Shown piece after piece: positions 38,366-52,029 of a stretch of 64,000 nt of DNA (positions are counted from its first letter, which is position 1; each line of letters starts with the position of its first letter). The notes below the pieces were generated by a model. It was not told where the DNA came from, did no database searches, and saw only the letters and a program-made list of their open reading frames with translations. Location of the stretch: positions 53,074,001 through 53,138,000 of the forward strand of contig NC_045696.1 of the NCBI RefSeq assembly GCF_009834535.1. The letters run 5' to 3'. Both the position numbers and the translations under genes were made by a program. This stretch comes from Camelus ferus (lineage: Eukaryota).

Positions 38366-40941
38366 CCTGCACGTTGACAGAATAGTTTCTCCCTTTATGC
38401 TTAGTGAGTGCACACATTCCCACCATGTTCCTGGGTGAGAGGTGAACTGTATTTGTGTTATTAACCCTCAAAACAAATTCTCATAATTACTTTGTGATCT
38501 GCGTCCCATGGTCTAATGGACAAAGTTAGGAAACAGCTGTGCTGCCACCGATTCAGAATGCACACTGCAACACCACTTCCATCTTCCAAAGACAAGTATC
38601 ACCTAAGTGACCCTCGTCACTGTGTGTGAGGTCCACCCCATCACTGTAATTGCATGAGACATTCCTCCCACTATTTGGCAAGAAAACTTAAGAGATCCAG
38701 ACGACGTATTTCTTCAGCTTTTGATTGAGAAGTAAAATAAGAACACAATGCAGAAAGAGGGAAATTTTTAATTCTCACTTTCATGTGACCCCTGCAAAGA
38801 AAAAGAACATTAAAACAACATGTCACTAATATTTTTGCTCAATGCCATTCATATGTCACCTGAGTTAACTAAACACCTTTCAGCAATGTGACAACATTCC
38901 TGGGTATTTGTCAAAAACCAATGTTCAGGCTACTGAGAAATATAAATTCACAAACAGATTGGATTTGGTAGGTTCAGAGATGTGCCTGAAAAGGCAAGAC
39001 TGTGTAAGATTATGTGACTATATTTATATTACATCCATGATATCCCTTGGAAAGCTTAACAAAATGTGAATTCACAGGACCTTGATATTTGGCAATGAGA
39101 AACGCTGATAAAAATTTATTTGGCAATTCAGAGGAGTGTCAGATAATAGACCAGGTACACAATATAATTAGAAATACTGAACTTTCTTTTGCATACACAA
39201 CAGCCTGTGGAAAAGCTCTGGGTAAATCGTGAACATAAAAATGGAACTGCACTGCATTTCATAGAACATCCTCAGGCCAAAAAAAGACAAATAGGAGAGG
39301 TCCTGATTAAATATTTGCTCAGAAAATACCGTCTGATAATATACTGCCAATTTCCTACCTTGGGAAAATAGCATCCCCTTCTTCCAAGGGAAGGAGGTCT
39401 CTGCTATATTAGATTTTATTTACAAAAAGGAACTCTGGCCACAAAACACACAGCAGTTACGTGAAGGGTATGGCCCAGTTTGTCTCAAAATATTGTCAGC
39501 GTGACCTTTGGCAAGGACCCAGTAGAAAATCACTTTCCCTAAAGGAAACCAACACCTCTTTCCCTATAATCCTGCTAGCACGATACGGTGTTAATGAAGC
39601 AAGCCCGGCTTCCAGTGGCCGGAGCACAAATTGCCTCATTTGGCTTGGTCTCTGGAAGGATGAATGCCAGGTGGGGATATGCACACATGAGCATATGCAA
39701 GGTTTCCATGGAAATGCCACTGGTTCTGCCTGAACGGCCTTGCAGGAAAGTGCCATCACCTTAAGCAACGCACCAGACTCTGAATTCTTTGTGTTAATCT
39801 GGGGGGTGATTAGAGGGATTAGGTTACCAATCTCACTTTCAATATTCACTGTCCTCTCAACACCAATTCCAAAAACAGCAGCCTGAACTCTTTCCTTGCA
39901 GAGTCTAAACATAAAGATGACAAGCTTTCCCAAGCATATCAGGGAGCACTCCCCGTAGTCACAAGTACAATAAATACTTTAAGGAGGTAAATATTCTAGG
40001 CAACCGTGTCCCAGTCGGTGCTCTATAGCCCATCACACGGCCGGCTGCTCTGTATAGCGGACTTCTTCATTTCCTTCACTTCGTATACCTGCCACTGCCT
40101 CCCCTGCCCCTGTTACCTGTCTCCCTTATTTACAAAACTGTTGGTCTATGTTCCAGGGAATCACCTGGAAGGTATTTTGGCTGATGAAGAGTCCTACAAG
40201 CTGTTAGGATGATTTAGTACACAAATGCCGAGGTCGACAGCATATGGATAGGAAGTTTGGGTTGACTAAATCTCAACTGTGTCAGTACAAACGTAGGTTG
40301 CAAAAGTTCTCATATGAGATATTTTGTCCTTTCAAACACAGCTCAGTTACCAAATGCCTGATTGGAAAAAAAAATTATTTGATACTAAAACATGGACTAC
40401 AAATGTTTCCATTTTAAAGATAAAGCCTCCAGCTGGCCAAGGGATACTTGTATTTTTTATAGATCATTGAGTATGTCGGAAATATGACTTGAATAGGGGC
40501 CTCTTTTCATGACAATGAGGAAACTCAAAAATAATTTCCCCTTACTTTTTATTCTCACTGTCCCTCTTTTTAGTATTTTGTTAATATACTTTTTAAAAAT
40601 AAAATAAATATTCTTTTAAAAAATAAAACACTTTTAAAAAATAAAATACAGTATGTTTTTTTAATATAAAGTATAGTTGCAGTTTCTTCCACATAAATAA
40701 TTTATAAATTACCTACAACTCATCATCCAGCTACTATAGTAAATCATCATGGAAAACAACTGGCACCCACACCCATGTGTTCTTCAGAAATGGTACATGA
40801 GGAAGGATACATTTCTTCTGTTCACATCATGAAAGTACTGGAGGCTTTATCATGTTCTCCAGGGAAGCTGCAGCACTGCCAGTACTTGAGAGAACTAGGA
40901 TCAGTACTTTAACTCATTTGGGGGATAAAGGGATATAGAAT

Positions 40942-41166
40942 ATTTTTTTAAAAATTTTTGTTAGAGTGTAGTTGATTTATAATGTTAGTTTTAGGTGTGC
41001 AGGGGGATGATTCACTTATACATACACACACATATATACATATACATATTTTTTCAGATTCTTTTCCACTGTATGTTGTTGCAGGAGATTGAGTATAATT
41101 CCCTGTGCGGTACAGTGGGTCCTTGTTGTTTATCTATTTTATATATAGTAATGTGTATCTGTTAAT
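40942..41166 (-). mobile_element. L1 3' end (artiodactyl type), possible TSD ATAGAAT
   Basis: gagtgtagttgatttataatgttagtttta.ggtgtgcag...ttccctgtgc..tacagtgggtccttgttgtttatctattttatatatagta. Confidence 0.88.
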
Positions 41167-41549
41167 AGAATTCTTTTAATAACATACCCAAAGTCTTCTC
41201 TTCATATTGTGAACCTTTCTGAAACCTTGTTTTAATAATGAGTATACCTGGGTAGCAAGTAATAAAAGCAAATATGTTTACAGGGAAAAAAAATACCTAC
41301 TTACAAATTCTAAACATATATCTAAGTAAAGATCATGTCTACGTAGATACTTTCCAGACCCCTCCTTTCCTCTTCTCTACCATCCTTCACTCTCCTTTTC
41401 AAGCCCTTCCACTTCCTGTACACAATTTTGCTCTAATAAATGTGTGTTGTTCTTTAGCCACTCAAGTTTCATTCACTTCACTTAAGGATCCATGTAAGGA
41501 TACCCACTTTTATCTCTTTGCCTGTATAGGTTGGCTGAGACCCACTTGC

Positions 41550-41953
41550 TAACTGGAGGGAGGTTGCCCAGGGCTAAGCCAAGCACTATATCTGTTATTG
41601 GTTCAGAAACAAGGATATGACCGAATCAGAGCCAGTAAAATGCAATGAGGAGGTTTGAGATTTTGATTGACTCCCAAGAAAAAGAGGCTTGCTCTCCTCA
41701 GAGGACTTAAAGCCCAGAGTATACAAGGCCTAGAGCCACTACAGCCATCCTATGACCATGAGAAGAGAACTTATCTGGAAATAAAGTCAACAGGGAAGCA
41801 GACAGGGCAAGACACAGAGCAAGTGGTCAACTGACACTTGCAGCTGGTCCTTCCACTGTATTTCTCACTGAAGTAAACCAATAAACTCCCTCATTGTTTG
41901 AGCCAGTTTGTCAGGTTTTCTGTGACTCATAACCAAAAAAGTTCTGAATGATA
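41550..41953 (+). mobile_element. MLT1 (older J/K/L-type) LTR
   Basis: attggttcagaaacaagg.atatgacc.aatcagagcca...ccaataaactccctc.ttgtttgagccagtttg..aggttttctgtgact.ataaccaaaa. Confidence 0.75.
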
Positions 41954-43029
41954 AACCTACCTTATAAACAATGCCAAATAGGTACACAGAAACCAAGTCT
42001 TGTATCAGTAGCCCCCACATTTTCAAGTCCAAGAACCCCTTTGAACAACTGCTGCTCTAATCCTTTGTAGCTTACTCTCAAGGTACCAATACAGATATCT
42101 GATGAAGAAAATAGTCCAAATGCTTCAGAACTAATATCCCTGGGGGCCTTGAAAGACAAGCATCTTCAACCTGGCAGCACATATCATTCCTCTTAGGACA
42201 CTCAGCAGCTGAGATAAACCTCAAGAAGCACCACTTGGCAAGAAGGATGCAGATGAAAAGAATGCAAAAGGTCAGGTTGCCTTCAACTCACTGCTCCACA
42301 CCTGATGGATGATTTGTAATAAGACACAGTTGTTCATATTTTCTTTGTGAACTAGAGATTTGTGAACTTGAACAAAAATGAAAAGTATAATTTTCTAGAA
42401 TATATATAGAATATAATGTATTTCTCATGAACTTCTTCTCAAGACTGAAAAGTCCCCAAATTTTTACGAGAAAAAAATCTTTAGGGTGTATTCTCTCTTA
42501 TTTCGTTCTCCTACAAATGCCCCCTTTTCTTCCTCTCTCCTTTCTTCCCTTAGTTTTCTCCCTTATAATTCTGACAAAAGTTTAGCACTTTTATTTCTCC
42601 TTAACGAGAATAATAACAACAAAAATCTTTAATCAATTAGTAATTAAATAACTTGGTATGATTCAGTGAATCAGTTCACGGTTTATTTTAGCATTAGGAC
42701 GTATAGCTCCTCAACTGCACTTGACTTATCCAGTAAAAGAACCTCCAAACCATCCTTCAACCTATTTCCTATTCCTTCACGACATCTCCTCCACCTCCTC
42801 CATGTTGCTATAAATGCAGTATAGGGAAGGGTGCGGCAAAATAGAATGAGATCGTGATCATAAATGGTTCCTCAGATCACTAAACCCAAGTTTCCTGACA
42901 TAGCCAAACCTCTTCTCTGGGTTTGAATGAGGCCCATTTTTAGAACAGGAAGCCTCAGAATGGAGATTTCAAAGATTAGCATTTGCCTTTTTGTCCAATC
43001 AACTTCAGGAAGTGCAGAAGAATACTTAA

Positions 43030-43326
43030 TGAATTCAAATTCCGGTTCTGTTACATAACCTCTGAGAATCTGAGCAGTTGACTGAAACTCAGTGAGTCTC
43101 AGTTTCCACATTTAAATTGAGGATGGTAATACCTATCTAATTAATTAATTCAACATATATTTTTTAGCATCTGGCTAGGTGTTATTCTAAGGGCTCATGT
43201 TACATTTTGATGAAAATAGTGAAAATCCTACTATAATGGAGTTTATATTTCATTTAATAGCGCTGTCAAATGAACTAAATGATATAATTTAAATAAATCC
43301 AAAGCACAGTGCCTAGCGCACAGTAA
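43030..43326 (+). mobile_element. MIR interrupted by a minus-strand L2 3' end (about 43141-43252)
   Basis: tgagtctcagtttccacatttaaattgaggatggtaatacctatct [attcaacatatattt..agcatct...taatggagtttatatt] ...agcacagtgcctagcgcacagtaa. Confidence 0.65.
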
Positions 43327-43629
43327 AATAACAACACATGGTATCCGAGGTGAGTTTTCCTTCTCAATTAGGGCATTCCCAATTCTTTTCTGTTACAAAT
43401 TCCTCCCATTTCTAAGGTTTTTGAAAACCCTTGGTAGGAGGGTTAGGCTTTGGTATGAGCCAAAATATGATTTGAATAAGCCAGAACATTGCCTTGAATA
43501 AAATACTGTGGCTGACTTTTGAGCTGATTTGGTTCAAGCTGATTAAGAGAGGGGCTAATACAGCTTTTTAAAAAAAGACAAATGTTTTTTAGAATAAATT
43601 ATTTTCAAGTCATCCTTCATTTCTTACTA

Positions 43630-44295
43630 AAAAATCTGTGAAATTCATCAGCAATCCTACTCCCCAAATATATTCCATGTATATTTCCCTTTCCTTCCTC
43701 TCCATTGCTACTGCCCTAGGATACACTTAAGTAATCCTGGTATAAGCTACCACCATCTCTGTCTTCCCAGCAGACAGAATTACCTTTAAAAAGGTAAATC
43801 ACACCATCCTCACTAGCTCTAAAAATCAGATGCCTTTACGATACATTTAGCATAAAATCCAAATTCTCACCATAACCTATAAAGCTCATATGTGATCTTG
43901 CCTCTTACTAACTCTTAGACTTCATATTCTATCAATCCATTCTTGCTCACTTGCTCCAGACACCCTTGCCTTCCTTATCAGGCTAGCTTCTGCCTCAGAG
44001 CCTTTGCATTTGCAGTTCCTTTTGCTTAAAATATGGTTACCCTACTCCATATTTACATTGCTTATTCTTTTCTAGTTCGAATTGTACCATTTCAGAGGGT
44101 CTGTGCTGACCAATAACCTCTTCCCATTCCCCAATCACTCTCTTTTCACGTCTCTTTCAAATACAGCTTTGTAAGAGTACGAGTCTGTCTTCCCCATCTA
44201 GATGATAGGATCCTAGGCAGAGATTTTACTGTCTTGTTCTCTGCATCCCCTCTATTTAGCTATCGGAGGCACTCAATGAATACTTGTTAAGTAAA
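43630..44295 (+). mobile_element. L2 LINE 3' region
   Basis: ctccattgctactgccctagg; taaaatccaaattctcaccataacctataaagc; tgcctcagagcctttgcatttgcagttcc; ggcactcaatgaatacttgttaagtaaat. Confidence 0.8.
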
Positions 44296-44379
44296 TATAT
44301 AAAATCTATCAAATTAGTAATTCTCTGGGCATGCACATAGATATTTTGTCAGGCTTTCAATAATCATACAAAATGTTAT

Positions 44380-44886
44380 TGATGATATGCTTATGCTGTG
44401 TAAGGCACTACAAGCATATAAAAGAGCATTCAGCATACATTACTGATGTGTATTTTCCATTTGGTCTTTACAACAGCTTTGAGGGGGTGGCATTATTATG
44501 TTCATAACCATTTACAGCTTAGGGGACTAAAAAGTCAGAGAAAATAAGTTTATTACTCAAGAATTCATAGGTCACAAGTGGCAGAGTTAGGGTTGAAATC
44601 TAACTCTGTCTGACATTAAAACTGGTGTTATTAATCTTACAGACATCACCATCAACTGCATCTTCTCATGCCCAACCAGAAGTGATAACTTGTCAAAACC
44701 CACAATGTAAACAGAAAGCATTTACTGTGTGCTTACTACGCATAGGGAATTATCTGGGCTAATTCTCACAACAACCCTAAGATGTAGGTCCCTTGTTCTT
44801 CAGTGGAGAAAAAATCAGCTCAAATAAGTCAGATGGAATTCGAATCCAATCTTGTCTGACTCCTGAGACAGCTGTTAACTACTATG
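44380..44886 (-). mobile_element. Two tandem MIR fragments
   Basis: cattttacagc...aagtggcagagttagggttgaaatctaactctgtctgac; tctcacaacaaccctaagatgtagg...ttcgaatccaa..tgtctgactcc. Confidence 0.65.
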
Positions 44887-46257
44887 GGGTAGCATTTCCC
44901 TGACCCAGTGATAGACAGTATTACTTGCCAAGTCACAGATGACAGGAACCACTAGTCTAGGTTTGTGCTACAAGCTAGGTGCAGCCCTACTGCATGGCCA
45001 GTACATCCATCTTGGTCAAATGACAGATGCACTGTGTCTCTAACTATGGAAACCAGGAATCACTCTGCTGGCTGGCCACCAACTCTCTGTCAAGCAGGGA
45101 AAAACAACCCGAAGCCTAAACTTTCATTATTACATTAGTGGTGCCTCCTTCATTTATTTTATAAGCAATAAGCTCATCTGTTGTTTCAATTAGGAAGTTT
45201 CAAATGAGATGGAAGATAAGGCATCCCATCATTTCTACCCTTCCCTGTTTCCCACATTCAGGCAGAGCTTATTCCAGGGTGGAATTTGCACTCTCCTGAT
45301 TGATGAGGCTAATAAAGTACCTTTATTGTGATATAAATAGCCTTAAAAATGTCCTACAGAGTCAATATTGGTGCTTGATGGCCTCACACAGGCAGGGTCC
45401 TTGTCTTAGGGAACACTAAAGCTTGATGAGTTATGTTGTTGAAAAAGTTTGTCATTGAATTTGGATATTGATTTGTGGGGCTACAAGGTGGCAATGCCCA
45501 CATTAGTGACACAGATGGAGCAAACTACTTATAAACCCCCCATTTCTTTCACACACCTAATATATCAATAACCTAACACCCTGCTGGATCATGCAACTTT
45601 GGCCAGGGATTGGACATGCATAGAACAAATCACAAAGGTATTCATTCAACCAGGCCAATGACTATCGCCCTGTTCACACTCGGTTATGAAAGAGACAGCA
45701 GACACTTTCAAGAAGGTAAGACTCTGTTTCCAAACTCATTTCTCAGTCACACATTCACTCACACACACACTCACAGATCCAGGTATAATAACAGAAGAAA
45801 ATGTTACAGCTCTAATGACTTCAAAGCCCTCAGGTTAAACTCTGATTGTTGAATTCAAGGCTAAAGGCTATTGATTGATTTCTTTGTGTATTGGGAATAT
45901 CTGTAAAGCCAAAGGTCATAGCCCTTTATAAGCACAGCTATTCTAGAGCTTTGTTTCTTGTAAACCTCTGTCTTTTCAGCTTCAAAAGTTGTTTAACGAT
46001 ATTTGCTGTTCTTCTTTCCTGCCATTTCCCCCTACTCTTGGCAGTATCATCGCTTCCTGTAGACGCGTCCACTTTTTACTATGTTCTCCATCTTTATCTG
46101 TGTGTGTATGTGACTTGCCTCTTGTGCACACATGTGTGCCTCTACACTTGCAGAAACAGAATTAGAATTTGATATACCAAGTAAGATGAGGGAGTTATAA
46201 TGTCAAAGCCACTCACTCAGTCAATGCATCACCAGACCATGGATTTATTTATCTCAT

Positions 46258-46695
46258 TTTACCAGTTTTCTAGGGTTGCTATAACAAGTTACTGCAAAAT
46301 AGGTGGCTTAAAACAACAGAAATGTGTTTTCTCACAGTTCTGGAAGCCAAAAGTCCAAAATCAAGGTGTTAGCAAGGCTCCAACAGATCTAGGGGAGGAG
46401 AATCCTTTCTTGCCACTTCCAACTTTTGTTGACTGCTGGCAATTCTGGTATCACTGGTTTTACAGGCAACTCTCCAATCTCCCCTTCCTTCTTCACGTGG
46501 CCTTCTTCCCTTTGTCTTCTCCGTTTCTGTCTTTTAAAGAGATATTCACCATTGGATTTAAGGCCCAACCTAATCTAAAATAATCTCATTTTGAGATCCT
46601 TATCTTAAATATGTCAGCAAAGACCCTTATTCTAAATAAGGTTACATTGTAAGGATCCGGGTCTTTTGGAGGAGTCACCATTCAACTCACTATAC
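46258..46695 (-). mobile_element. MLT1B/C-type LTR
   Basis: agggttgctataacaagttac..caaaataggtggcttaaaacaacagaaatgt.tt.tctcacagttctgga.gcc.aaagtccaaaatcaaggtgt...aaagacccttattctaaataaggttacatt. Confidence 0.9.
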
Positions 46696-47349
46696 CCATT
46701 TATAGATTTTTCAGTTTAATTAATTAAAACATACTGAGGCTGACTCTTTTTTAAAACCAGTAATGCATATTCTACTTGGCAATGATACATACTCTAAGAC
46801 TAACACGAGTATAAAAATTTGGCTGATGACAAGGAAATCAAGAAACTATCTGCACTAGTTACTTTTCTCTTTATCCTTCCAATAAGGCTGCATATATACA
46901 TCTTTTGAGAAATGGTCAGTCTTCCATGCTGATATATATATATATATATGTATATCTCAAGATTTAAGTTGATTTTTGCAGCTGTCCCAGTTAATCAATT
47001 TATATTGGAATTACTGATTGATCTTCAAAAGAGTTTGTAACAATACAGAAAAATCTTAAGTACTTATAAAATTCTACATTCTAGTGAGGAGACCGCTGTG
47101 CTTTATGTTAAAGATAATTGGGTTCATATTAACCTAGATAATGATGCCTTTATCAAAGGATAATGAATACCCACAAAGAGGTGAGGTGTAGGTCTGTGTC
47201 TATAGGTAATGAACATAAACAGATCCTCTCTGTCCTTTTCAATTAAAGATCCCACAGGAATCAACATAAAACTGATAAATATATTTATAGGGCAAGAACT
47301 TAAGAAAACAAAGTCTGACCATGCTAATAAAGGAACAGGATTTATAGAG

Positions 47350-47490
47350 AAGCAGAGCTTTCACATATGAAAAACCTGGGGATCTTGTTAAAATACAGAT
47401 TTTAGTGCAGTAGGTCAGTGGTAGGCCCTGAGATTCTGTATTCTAACAAGCTCCCAGGTAATGACCAAGGACCACACTTTGACTATAACC
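47350..47490. mobile_element. MER5-like fragment
   Basis: acctggggatcttgttaaaatacagatt...gtaggtc...ggccctgagattctgtattctaacaagctcccaggtaatg...ggaccacactttga. Confidence 0.75.
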
Positions 47491-50400
47491 ACGGTTATAG
47501 AGAATCAACCTATTCCAACAGGGCTGCAAATACATATAATGTCATACAGGCTAAAGATTACAAGGCTTTTAGTTATTCAGCAGACATTCATTGGGCTCCT
47601 ACCCTGTGCCAGTCATTACGGTAAATATAAAGATAAATGAAATAAAATTCAGAATCTCAAGAGTTTCTCTATCAGCTAATTGTGGATTCTTTTTTTTAGG
47701 CATAAAATTTGACATCTACCTTCTATTTCAACCACTGTTAGGGAAATAAAAGAAATAAAATATTTTATAAATGGGCAAAACATTTATCTAGATTCAGTAA
47801 TTTTTCTAAAAATTGATGTAATTGGTCTCTCTCCCAAAAGGTACAACCTCTCAGCAGTGAGGGTAGTGCCTTTCCTAAGGACTGTTCTTAGAGAGGGGCC
47901 ACAGTAGTACAACTCTTGCTGAGATCTGGGGACTAACAATCAGAATGGTACTGTGAGTTCTAGGTTGGAAGCAGATGCAATGATGAGCCGCGATGACTCA
48001 CAAAGAGATAATAAAACATTCACAGAAGCAAGCATTTAATTTTATAAAAAAAACCAATAGGTTCTTGTTTTTGAATTAATTTAATTCTACACATTGCAAA
48101 AGATGCACTAGAGACTAATGGTCCTGGAGGCTGAAGTCTAAATTTACGTTATTGCCTCCTTTTTCATGTTGGCTTGAGTTAAGATGGGGGAGTTCACGGG
48201 CGGGCGAGTGGCCAAGGCAATTTATTTATGATTGTTGTTGAGTCAGTTTTGAATGAGAATCCCCCAGAGACTATTCTGATCACATCAGTGGTCCCAACGT
48301 TTGCACTGTCAAGTAAGTATACACATACTGAACGTTACACATATATGTGTATATATTAAATACATTATCAGGAGGGTCTTTGGCTTGCTGGGAAACTTGC
48401 CCTATGAGGAATCTGCTCATGCTCCCACTGCTGTGGAAGGTCAAGCAGAGACTTCCTGATTGTCTTCAGGTCCGAAGACTCAACGTCAGTTACAATGTCA
48501 AACTTTTTCACCAAGCAAAATTCTCCCCAAAGGGCAACAATTATGCTGGCAGTATCACAAACATGCCCTGTCCTCAGTGACCAATTATGAAAGGATGACT
48601 GTTCATATTTCAACTTATTTTGATCAGAAACATTCAAGACTACAGAATTTGCAATTTTGATATTAGACATGAATTTTTACCAGTTAGCGGACTGAGGGTT
48701 CTGAGGCCAACCTGCCATCACGGCATCAACAAGGATGAAAAATGGCTGTTTCAACTGCCACCACCACGTCTCACAGCAGAAGGTAAAGACTCAGTTCTGT
48801 CTTCAAAAAGTTCAACTGCATCGCTTCATCCCCAAAGCCAACACAGTGGATGAAATGTCTGATTTCACTATCTCCAGTGATCAAACAAGCCAGCTAATTT
48901 CAAATGCACGCTGCAGGATTTTATGCACAGCTACACTGCTTAAGTCATTCATTATCAACCTATGGGGCTTTCTTTTCCTCCTTAAAGGCCTATCCAGACC
49001 AGTTTATTACCGCACATATGGGGCCTATTTTTAGACCTGTAATGCTTCTCCTGGTTCCAGCATCTGGGGAAATGGGGAAGATGCAGGCAGAGATAACACA
49101 CTGCTTTCTGTTCTCCTGTTGGCCAGGCATTCTATGACTCACTTCAGTACAGAAAGGGGAGCATTGTGCCTGCACACAGAATTTTCTATTATGTTATCTT
49201 GCCTTGGGCTCTTATAGAACATATGCCCTACTTTTCATAAACCAGCAAAGGGGCATGATAGAAAAGTGATGGTTTTATCAGTCCAAAATGTTACCAGGAT
49301 TCCTTCAAGTTTCTACAAGTTACAAACACATGTGATGGAAGACACAGAAGGGGGGACACAAAGGATCCCTGAATACTGGGCTGGATTCTCAGAAGGAGGA
49401 ATGGTCTTAGGTCTTAGAGTTTTACAGTCTTATAGTGGCACAATGGGAAAGATTTGTGTAATTTTCACTCTGAACTACACTTGGCAAAATAAGATGCGCT
49501 GTTTAGTTTCTTAGAGGTTGATTCCTTTCTCCTATAGACATGGATATTGAAAAAAACTTGGGGAAAAGCCAAGTGCAGTAACTCTAATGTACCACCAGGT
49601 GACAGTGTTTCTAAAATTAATCTTTGATTGTAGTGCACCCAGGCCTGGTTTTGCAGAGGAGACCACATTTTCACAGAAAGGTGAATGAACGATCACATGA
49701 TAGTTTTTAAATGGTAAATCAAACCAGTTACTGAATTTCTCTTCCTAATTACAATTATTTTAATATGATGAGATCATACACTCAAGTGGCAGCAGTGGAA
49801 GGTTAATCTTGTGCTCAATAGGCCAGAATGACTGGATTATCTTAGAAAAGTGGTTGGGCAGTTTGAAAAGCTGATTTTCAGCCATCCCTCTGAAGCTCAG
49901 AATCCACTAAATTGAACTAGAGAGGGCAGAAAAAGGAATTCATGTTTGTTATATAATGGCAACAACACACAATAGGAGACCTTAAAGCAATACATAATCA
50001 ATTCACAGCCCAAAAAATTCATGTAATTTTCTCCAAAAGACGTATCTGTTCAAAGGCTTATATTTCCTAATACAGATAAAATGAGTATTGGGGATTCCTT
50101 TGCTGAAATGGTCATAATTTTAAGGAAGTGAAACTATAGAGGGGAAATGTTTAAACTAACCCAAATAAAGTGGGAAATACAAGTTATTGTAAAGGATAAT
50201 AGGAGAAAAAGTAGAAAGAAAAAAAAAAATCAATGGTTTTCTCCATAGGCTTGGTACTTGGTAACTAAAAAGGATTTACCTTGGCCTGAATGGAAGAGTC
50301 ATAAACAGAAGACCCAGTGGAGCTAGTTCAAGCTCTCAGCCATCTCTACATCTAGAAGCAAGGCAGTGCCCAACTGCTAGAGCTGATGGCTTAAATTCCA

Positions 50401-50987
50401 CTCATTTAAAGCATCTCTAATAGTACACTGACTGCCAAGTTGAATGAGATTCTATTTCTAGTTTATTTGAAACTATATATATTTATATTAAAATTTATTT
50501 ACAGTGACTGGCAGAGCTGTGATGTACCTCTAGACCCCCGATTATGAACAGAGCTCTCATTACATACCATTCAAGTGCTGTCAACTACTTCTATTCTGGG
50601 GCAGGTTGAAGAGAGATGAATAGAAGAGGGTGGGAGGAGGGTGAGAAAAAATGGAGGGAGGGATGCTTCCAAAAGGTGTGTTTTAGTAAAGAAGGGTGAA
50701 AATATAATTACAGCTAGAAAAAGAAGTAGTAGACTCTCAGGCTTCTATGTCACCTTCCCCTCTTCCTCCCCTCCATTTCCTAGTCTCATTATTACTTCTA
50801 CACCCTCCTTTTCTCATCACAACTTCCCCAAATCCCAACTTAAATTATGGAACAAGGCAGGAAAAGCAATGACTCTTTAACACTCCTGAATGACTATAGC
50901 AATACACATGTCACACGGGAGTCCTCATGTGGTCAGCGTAGTCTACATGCCATAAAAATAAAGACTAAGGAATCATTTTATGTTTTA

Positions 50988-51296
50988 TGTCAGGTTCCCC
51001 AAGAAACAATCTCTGGAACTGAGATTTGCTTGCAAAAGCTCTGGAGCTAGAATGGCCTTTCAGAGTTGTGGAGACTTTAAGCAAAGGAAATTTAATACTC
51101 CTTATCAACCAGTCATTCAACATGAACTGTCCTCAGGGAGAGGGTGTGATGTTGGCAGTGGCTGCCTTTGGCTGAAAGGAATTCCCAGAGAAGGAATCAG
51201 TTAAGAGTCATAAGCCACCAATATTCTCAGCAGCTTAGAACGAGTTCCTTATCCAGAAAAGGGGATCTGGGTGGTGCATATACAACATCCATTACG
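50988..51296 (-). mobile_element. ERVL LTR (LTR33-like), internally deleted
   Basis: tcaggttcccca.gaaaca.tctctg...gagatttgc.tgca; terminal ggggatctgggtggtgcat.acaacatcca.tac. Confidence 0.65.
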
Positions 51297-51599
51297 AAAG
51301 CTTAAATTCCCTCCAGCAAATGACTCTCACTACTATAGTAGCAGGTGAATTGGTTGGTTATGACTAAATGAATTCTTTGAGAGTAAAACACGCATAGCAT
51401 GGGTACTAATGACGGTAGGAATTTAGCACCTTCATTCCATACATTTGAAAGTTGTTAATCTCAGACTGTAGTAGAGATTTATTTTACCTTTGCCTATGGC
51501 AAATCACAAGTTAGCACAGGAAAACTATTTTGCAGGCATATTCCATTTATGCAAACCTGGAAAGAAGATACAGTTTTTAAGTTGATAAAATTAAACCTA

Positions 51600-51950
51600 A
51601 AAGGACATCTTGTTCAACATCTCATGTGATGATTTTTGTCCCCTATGGCACAACCTCACTAAGTGACCATCCAGTCTGTTCATGTACACCTCGAAGAGAA
51701 GCCACAATCTCCAGGAATAAGTCATTCCATGTCCTGACAGCTCTGACTGCTAGAATTTTTAGTTCAATGTAAAGATAGACTATCTGTCCATCTATAATTT
51801 TCAAATATTGGTCTTAGTTCTCTCGCTAGAGAGCCCAATACACATATTTAATTCTCCTTTTGAATGTTATCCCTTCAGACATTTGAAGACAGAACATGAC
51901 TCCTATAACAAGATTTAAAGTCCCCTCATCATTTTAGTCATTCTCCTTAG
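51600..51950 (-). mobile_element. L3/CR1 LINE 3' fragment
   Basis: ccatccagtctgt..atgtacacctc; cattccatgtcctgacagctctgactgctagaa; cccttcagacatttgaagacag. Confidence 0.65.
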
Positions 51951-52029
51951 AAAACATACAGTCCTCATCTATCACCAAAATGAATATAATGGTGAAAAAA
52001 TGATAAAAAATTTTAATTTTTCACTTCCT

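Noticed and set aside
39496..39933. 145-aa minus-strand ORF
   Set aside because: No recognisable domain and a non-ATG start. Its length is plausible by chance in a locally GC-richer stretch.
40588..40650. Threefold CTTTTAAAAAATAAAA repeat
   Set aside because: AT-rich low-complexity slippage.
46200..46583. 127-aa ORF
   Set aside because: Derived from an MLT1 LTR, a common source of spurious ORFs.
48560..48569. p53 half-site AAACATGCCC
   Set aside because: No adjacent second half-site.
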